Of a DNA stretch of 64,000 nt, positions 58,894 to 64,000 are shown in pieces. The translations under genes were made by a program, and so were the position numbers. The DNA lies in contig JAGWGZ010000001.1 in the NCBI GenBank assembly GCA_028867075.1, positions 26,660 through 90,659 of the forward strand, written 5' to 3'. Origin of the DNA: Nanobdellota archaeon. GTDB taxonomy: Archaea; Nanobdellota; Nanobdellia; Pacearchaeales; GW2011-AR1. Every line of letters begins with the position of its first letter. The first letter of the stretch is position 1. The notes under the pieces were generated by a model that worked only from the letters and a program-made list of their open reading frames with translations, was not told the DNA's origin and searched no databases.

Positions 58894-60192
58894 ATGAATT
58901 TGGAAAAACTGAATAAGGAGACCGTTTGTATTGGAGATGTCTTCAAAAATAGCTACAAGGAAGCCGCTGTTGTCGGCTGGGTTGACAATACGCGTGAGCT
59001 CGGAAAAATAAAATTCCTTATTCTGAAGGACAGAACAGGAAAACTTCAGGTTACATCCGTGAAAGGGAAGGCCAGTGACAAGATTTTTGATATTGCTGAC
59101 AAGATTCCAAGAGAGTCTGTAATTTACGTGAAAGGATCTGTTAAAGAATCCAGGCAGGCGCCCGGAGGGAAAGAAATCATTCCTGAAAGAATTGATGTTC
59201 TTAATCCTTCTGAGGCTCTTCCGATTGATGTATCTGAATTTTCAAAGACAGAACTCCCGAAGAGGCTTGACAACAGGTTCCTTGATTTGCATAGAGAGAA
59301 CATTCGGGCAATTTTTAGAATCCAGAGCGAGATCGCTTTTAGATTCAGGGAATTCTTTTACAAGAAAGGATTTTATGAGGTTCAGCTTCCTTCTGTGATT
59401 TCAGCATCAAGTGAGGGAGGGACAGAACTCTTCAAGGTCGAGTATTTTGAGAAGAAAGCTTATCTTGCGCAATCTCCCCAGCTGTACAAGCAGATGCTCG
59501 CCTGTTCCCCTGTCGCAAAAGTCTTCACTATAACTCCTGTTTGGCGCGCTGAGAAACACAATACAATCAGGCATCTGAATGAATCTAGGCAGATGGACAT
59601 AGAAGTTGCATTTGCAGGGCAAATGGAGGTCATGAAAATCGAAGAAGAAGTCCTGAGATACATAATAGAGAATATAATAAAAAATTGTATAGATGAAATA
59701 AAAGTCCTGGGTTTGAAATTAAAAGTTCCAAAGGCAAAATATCTGAGCTATGATGAAGCTGTGAAATTGCTTGGCATGAAATATGGCGAGGATCTTTCTC
59801 CTGAGAATGAAAAAGAACTTGACAGGCATTTTCCTGACACAATAGTCTTTGTCCATTCATGGCCAGCCTCCTTGAAACCATTTTATATTATGCCCAAGGA
59901 TGAGAAATCAGATGCAAAATTGAGTGAAGGCTTTGATGCGATTTACAGAGGCTTGGAAATAACCTCGGGCGGGCAGAGAATCCATCTTCCAGAGCTTCTT
60001 ATCAAGAGACTAAAAGCAAAAGGGCTGAATCCCAAGGATTTCAAGGAATATGTGGATAGTTTCAGATACGGGGCTCCGCCGCACGCAGGCTGGTCTATCG
60101 GGCTTGAAAGATTGACAATGCTGATAACCGAACAGAAGAATATCCGCGAAGCTGTGCTTTTTCCGCGCGACAGGGACAGACTGACGCCTTAA
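58894..60192 (+). CDS. aspS: aspartyl-tRNA synthetase, archaeal type (probably non-discriminating)
   Basis: Class IIb core with C-terminal FRYGAPPHAGWSIGLERL...FPRD; 432 aa. Neighbouring gatCAB suggests a non-discriminating enzyme, but AsnRS cannot be fully excluded. Confidence 0.7.
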   Translation: MNLEKLNKETVCIGDVFKNSYKEAAVVGWVDNTRELGKIKFLILKDRTGKLQVTSVKGKASDKIFDIADKIPRESVIYVKGSVKESRQAPGGKEIIPERIDVLNPSEALPIDVSEFSKTELPKRLDNRFLDLHRENIRAIFRIQSEIAFRFREFFYKKGFYEVQLPSVISASSEGGTELFKVEYFEKKAYLAQSPQLYKQMLACSPVAKVFTITPVWRAEKHNTIRHLNESRQMDIEVAFAGQMEVMKIEEEVLRYIIENIIKNCIDEIKVLGLKLKVPKAKYLSYDEAVKLLGMKYGEDLSPENEKELDRHFPDTIVFVHSWPASLKPFYIMPKDEKSDAKLSEGFDAIYRGLEITSGGQRIHLPELLIKRLKAKGLNPKDFKEYVDSFRYGAPPHAGWSIGLERLTMLITEQKNIREAVLFPRDRDRLTP

Positions 60193-60255
60193 TTTTTCAA
60201 AGAAAAATTTAAAAATGCTTGGAAATAGTAGCATTATCCTTAAAGGAGGATAAAA

Positions 60256-60387
60256 ATGAAAAAAAACGAAGAAAACGAAGATGAAGACGAGAACGAGGAT
60301 GACTACGAAAACGAAGATGAAGACGAGAACGAGGATGAAGATGAAGACGAATCCAGTGATGGAGATTCAGACAGCTCCTGGGATTGA
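60256..60387 (+). CDS. putative 43-aa poly-acidic peptide (MKKNEENEDEDENEDDYENEDEDENEDEDEDESSDGDSDSSWD)
   Basis: Perfect Shine-Dalgarno AGGAGG 6 nt upstream of the ATG; below the 60-aa ORF-track threshold; contains a 32-nt direct DNA repeat. Confidence 0.35.
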   Translation: MKKNEENEDEDENEDDYENEDEDENEDEDEDESSDGDSDSSWD

Positions 60388-60471
60388 TTAGTCATCTTAT
60401 TTTTTATTTTCAGTGGGGTCTTTATTTTTTGTATTGATTAATCTTATAAACTTCTTAATTTTAGAATACGC

Positions 60472-60735
60472 ATGAGCGATTTTTTGTTTCACAGGCTTTC
60501 GGAAAAGGACAAAGAGCAAGTCAGGGAAAAAGCAAAAATGCTTTTGGCCTCTTTTTCCGAGAAAATTTCCAAAGTCAAAATTTCAGATGAAGAGCCTCTT
60601 ATTCTGAGAAAGAATTTTGAAAGGGAAGAAAAAGAGGGGGATAACTGTGATTTACTTTTCAAGGATATAATGTTTGAAAATGCACCTGATAAAAATAAAG
60701 ATTTCATAATCGCGGAGAAAAGATCATGGAACTGA
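60472..60735 (+). CDS. gatC: Asp/Glu-tRNA amidotransferase subunit C
   Basis: 87 aa, immediately upstream of and overlapping gatA; size, position and charge pattern fit GatC. Confidence 0.55.
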   Translation: MSDFLFHRLSEKDKEQVREKAKMLLASFSEKISKVKISDEEPLILRKNFEREEKEGDNCDLLFKDIMFENAPDKNKDFIIAEKRSWN

Positions 60736-62087
60736 TGGGGAAGGATGATGTGATGGTCTCTTCAACTGTTTCAAAACTGAAAGAATATCTTTCTGAGATA
60801 AAGAAGAACGACCAAAACGGAAAGAGAATAAATGCTTTTCTGCATTTGCGCGATGAAAAGAACCTTCTCCACGAGGCAGAGGAAATTGACAGAAAAATAA
60901 AATCAGGAAAAGCCGGAAGACTTGCAGGAAAGGTAATCGCCGTGAAGTCAAATATCAATGTTCAGGGGGAGATTGCTTCATGCGCTTCGCATGTTCTTGA
61001 AAATTATAAAGCACCTTATGATGCCCATGTTATTGAAAGAATAAAATCCGAAGACGGGTTGATAATCGGAATGACAAACATGGATGAATTTGCATGCGGA
61101 GCCAGCGGCGAGACAAGTGCATTTGGGCCGACGAAGAACCCCATTAACCTTGATCTCATTCCCGGCGGTTCTTCAAGCGGAAGTGCAGCCGCAGTTGCAG
61201 CAGGTTTCTGTGACATGGCTCTTGGAAGCGACACGGGAGGGAGCATAAGAAACCCCTCATCGCATTGCGGTGTCGTCGGAATAAAGCCCACTTATTCTTC
61301 AGTTTCAAGATATGGGTTGATAGACCTGTCAATGAGCCTGGACCAGATAGGGACCTTGGCAGGGAATGTGCCTGACGCAGGCCTGCTCCTTGATGTAATA
61401 ATGGGAAGAGACGAAAAAGATTCCATTTCACAGGATTCTCCAAAAATTAATCTCAATGAAACTGAAAGAATTCCAAAAGACATCACTATAGGGATCCTGG
61501 ATTTTGAGATACAGAATAATGAGATAAAAAACCTTATCATGAAAAGGATTAAAGAGGCTGTCAAGAAGTATGGCTGGAAATATAAAAATGTTAAGATAGA
61601 AAATATAGGGCTTGCAATTGAGACTTATTACCCTCTGGTTTATGTTGAATTCTTTTCTGGAACCAGGAAATTTGACGGGCGAAGATACGGAAGGAAAATT
61701 GAAGATGCAGCAGGGGAGGAAGTCTTGCGGAGAGTCTTGGGGGGAAGCGAGATTTCAAAAGAGGAATATGGGGGAAGGTATTATTACCGCGCGCTGAAGA
61801 TAAAGGAATTTATCGAAAAAGAATTTTCCGGTGTCTTTAGGAATGTTGACTGCATCGTCTCAGCCACTGTGCCAAAGCTACCGCATAAAATCGGAACGAA
61901 CATTTCTGTGAGAGAAATGTACGAGTATGACGCACTTACAACCCCGTCAAACCTGGCAGGCAATTGTTCTGTTTCTGTTCCGGCTGGAGAAATTAACGGG
62001 ATTCCGGTGGGGATGCAGATAATATGCGATAAATTTAAAGAACAAAAAATGCTGCAGATTGCAAGAGCTTTTGAAAAATTAAAATGA
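60726..62087 (+). CDS. gatA: Asp/Glu-tRNA amidotransferase subunit A (amidase)
   Basis: Amidase signature GGSSSGSAAAVAAGFCDMALGSDTGGSIRNP; 453 aa. Confidence 0.85.
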   Translation: MELMGKDDVMVSSTVSKLKEYLSEIKKNDQNGKRINAFLHLRDEKNLLHEAEEIDRKIKSGKAGRLAGKVIAVKSNINVQGEIASCASHVLENYKAPYDAHVIERIKSEDGLIIGMTNMDEFACGASGETSAFGPTKNPINLDLIPGGSSSGSAAAVAAGFCDMALGSDTGGSIRNPSSHCGVVGIKPTYSSVSRYGLIDLSMSLDQIGTLAGNVPDAGLLLDVIMGRDEKDSISQDSPKINLNETERIPKDITIGILDFEIQNNEIKNLIMKRIKEAVKKYGWKYKNVKIENIGLAIETYYPLVYVEFFSGTRKFDGRRYGRKIEDAAGEEVLRRVLGGSEISKEEYGGRYYYRALKIKEFIEKEFSGVFRNVDCIVSATVPKLPHKIGTNISVREMYEYDALTTPSNLAGNCSVSVPAGEINGIPVGMQIICDKFKEQKMLQIARAFEKLK

Positions 62088-63133
62088 AATTTATTTTCGG
62101 AAAGGAAGAGGACTTTTTCAGCTTCCTTGAATCTGTAGGAAAAAAAGACAAGGCTGCAATTGTTTCGCATACTGACCTTGATGGGGTGACTTCTGCATTG
62201 CTGATGCATGAAATCCTGAAGTCAAGAGGAATTGATATACAGTCTATAAATTTTGTGAATTATGGCATGGGGGTATTTGATGAACTGTCTTGCAAGTTAA
62301 AAAAAGAAAATATCTCCAAGGTTTTCCTTTCCGATATAAATGAAGATTCAGATTTAGAGGGTTTTGAAAGATTCAGAAATCAGTTTGATATTTTTCTTAT
62401 AGACCATCACCCGTCTGAATCAGGCTACAAGAACCACCTCCTGAAATCGCCTTCGCATGACTGTTCTTCTTTTGTTATTTATAACCTTGGCGTTAAAGTT
62501 ACCAGTCTGGATAAATGGAAAAAGCTTGTTTGTGCAGCAATGATTGCGGATTTTTCATATACTGATGATGAGAATTTCCGGTTTATAAAAAACAACTTTC
62601 CGGATGCAAGTAAAGAGGACATCTATAACTCAGATCCCGGGCAGCTGGATAAAACTATTTCTTATGCGCTCATATATTTCAGGGGTGAACAGAGAAGAAT
62701 ATTTGATATCCTACTGGAACACAAAACAGATACTCTGGAGAAATATAGAGGAATTGTGGAAAAGGATACTCTTGCAACACTAGGTAAGTTCAGGCAGAAC
62801 GCAGAGTTTTATCCAGATGCAAATCTTTATTTTTATTATTATAATCCAAGATACAGCGTTACCTCTATTGTCCTTAATATTTTATCAAAGGAAAAACCGG
62901 ACAACACTTTTATTTTCGCTTCAGATGTCATGGATGATGCAAGATTCTCAAAGGCCAGCTCCAGAAACCAGAGTGGAAACATCGACATGAACTTGCTTAT
63001 GAGAAAAGGAATTCATGGACTGGAAAATGCATCAGGCGGCGGCCATGTGAAGGCTTCTGCCGCCAAATTTATGAAGAAAGATTTTGAAAAGTTCAAAGAG
63101 AATATCCTTAAAGCCCTGACTTACGCTAAATGA
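62084..63133 (+). CDS. DHH/DHHA1-family phosphoesterase (NrnA/RecJ-like), second copy
   Basis: HTDLDGV DHH motif, DHH...IDHH, C-terminal GGGHVKASAA DHHA1 motif. Confidence 0.65.
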   Translation: MKFIFGKEEDFFSFLESVGKKDKAAIVSHTDLDGVTSALLMHEILKSRGIDIQSINFVNYGMGVFDELSCKLKKENISKVFLSDINEDSDLEGFERFRNQFDIFLIDHHPSESGYKNHLLKSPSHDCSSFVIYNLGVKVTSLDKWKKLVCAAMIADFSYTDDENFRFIKNNFPDASKEDIYNSDPGQLDKTISYALIYFRGEQRRIFDILLEHKTDTLEKYRGIVEKDTLATLGKFRQNAEFYPDANLYFYYYNPRYSVTSIVLNILSKEKPDNTFIFASDVMDDARFSKASSRNQSGNIDMNLLMRKGIHGLENASGGGHVKASAAKFMKKDFEKFKENILKALTYAK

Positions 63134-63170
63134 TAATAATCTTTAAAAATGATTTTTGTTTTTCTGAAAA

Positions 63171-63848
63171 ATGAAAGTTGGCAATGCATTGTTGCAGTGG
63201 CTTGGACATGCCAGTTTTATGATAAAAAATTCCGAGGGAAAAGTCATATACATAGATCCTTATTCTCTGAGAGACAGGGATTTTGAAAAAGCAGACATGA
63301 TTCTTATAACGCACAGCCATCCGGATCATTGCAGCATTGCAGACATAAACAGGATAATCAAGCCAAATTGCAGGGTGGTTGTAACTGCAGACTGCCAGAG
63401 CAAAATAATGCGGACAGATGTTCCGATAAGAATCGAAATAATAGAGCCATGGCATGAGTTTGACTTTGGAAAAATAAGAGTATCCGCCATTCCCGCATAT
63501 AATATTGACAAGAGCTTTCATCCAAAAGATGAATCCTGGGTTGGCTATATAATAAAAGTTGATGATGCTGTTATTTATCATGCGGGCGATACAGATGTCA
63601 TCCCTGAGATGCAGAAAATTACAGGATACAAAAAACAGGGCTGTGAATTTGTCGCTCTTCTTCCAATAGGTGGTAAATACACGATGACTGCAGAAGAAGC
63701 CCTGGAAGCCGCCAAGATAATAAAGCCGAACCTCGCAATACCGATGCATTACGGAAGTGTTATAGGCTCAAATGATGATGCTGATGAATTTATCCGGCTC
63801 TGCAAGGAAGAGGGGATTAATGCGATGGCTTTGGAGAAATGGGAATAA
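63171..63848 (+). CDS. metallo-beta-lactamase-fold hydrolase (UPF0173-like)
   Basis: LITHSHPDHC zinc-binding motif; 225 aa. Confidence 0.7.
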   Translation: MKVGNALLQWLGHASFMIKNSEGKVIYIDPYSLRDRDFEKADMILITHSHPDHCSIADINRIIKPNCRVVVTADCQSKIMRTDVPIRIEIIEPWHEFDFGKIRVSAIPAYNIDKSFHPKDESWVGYIIKVDDAVIYHAGDTDVIPEMQKITGYKKQGCEFVALLPIGGKYTMTAEEALEAAKIIKPNLAIPMHYGSVIGSNDDADEFIRLCKEEGINAMALEKWE

Positions 63849-64000
63849 CCCTAGTAAGACAATTCTTGTTTGAGCTTATTTATAATTTTAACAGTATTAA
63901 CGCGGCCCGCCGCGATATTAAGGATTTTTAGTTTTCCAGGGATATCGCAGATTTATTTTAGATTTTTTAAAGCTCGGAAATTCGCAATATGTAATTATTC

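Noticed and set aside
60271-60338. 32-nt direct repeat considered as a possible CRISPR or minisatellite
   Set aside because: There are only two copies, in frame within a short acidic ORF, with no spacer architecture. It is a coding repeat, not a CRISPR array.
63901-63930. GC-rich palindrome AACGCGGCCCGCCGCGATATT after the last gene
   Set aside because: A short hairpin followed by a T-rich tract is most simply a transcription terminator; there is too little context at the window edge for anything more.

Overview
This 64 kb window of low-GC DNA is archaeal, and the gene content fits a small-genome DPANN-like lineage. Dense housekeeping genes carry archaeal hallmarks (TFB, TFE-alpha, Sm protein, ribosomal proteins S3Ae/L44e/S8e/S17e, SRP54, FtsY, Bud32, EndA, RNase Z, Gins51, aPGM, archaeal TIM and PGK, GatD/GatE). 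Several enzymes are instead bacterial-type: LeuRS, a C-terminally truncated AlaRS and a type-I GAPDH. Operon-like groups include a glycolysis cluster (gap-pgk-PfkB kinase-2-hydroxyacid dehydrogenase-class I aldolase-tpi). A second group assembles tRNA-dependent amidation genes (gatB, gatD, gatE, ppa, aspS, gatC, gatA) interspersed with a Fic protein, a TM2 protein and a DUF1003 protein. I found ten tRNA genes by manual folding. One, tRNA-Arg(TCT), carries a ~96-nt anticodon-loop intron, and five minus-strand tRNAs share a conserved hairpin-forming motif (core AAACCGTAGG) in their 5' leaders. That motif recurs as an identical 19-mer in the intergenic region beside the splicing endonuclease gene endA. 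The most unusual protein locus is 10074-20250: a small membrane protein, a ~635-aa secreted N/Q/S/T-rich protein and a 2678-aa giant secreted protein with Cys-rich modules and an embedded lytic-transglycosylase (SLT)-like motif. I saw no CRISPR array, rRNA or obvious mobile element.
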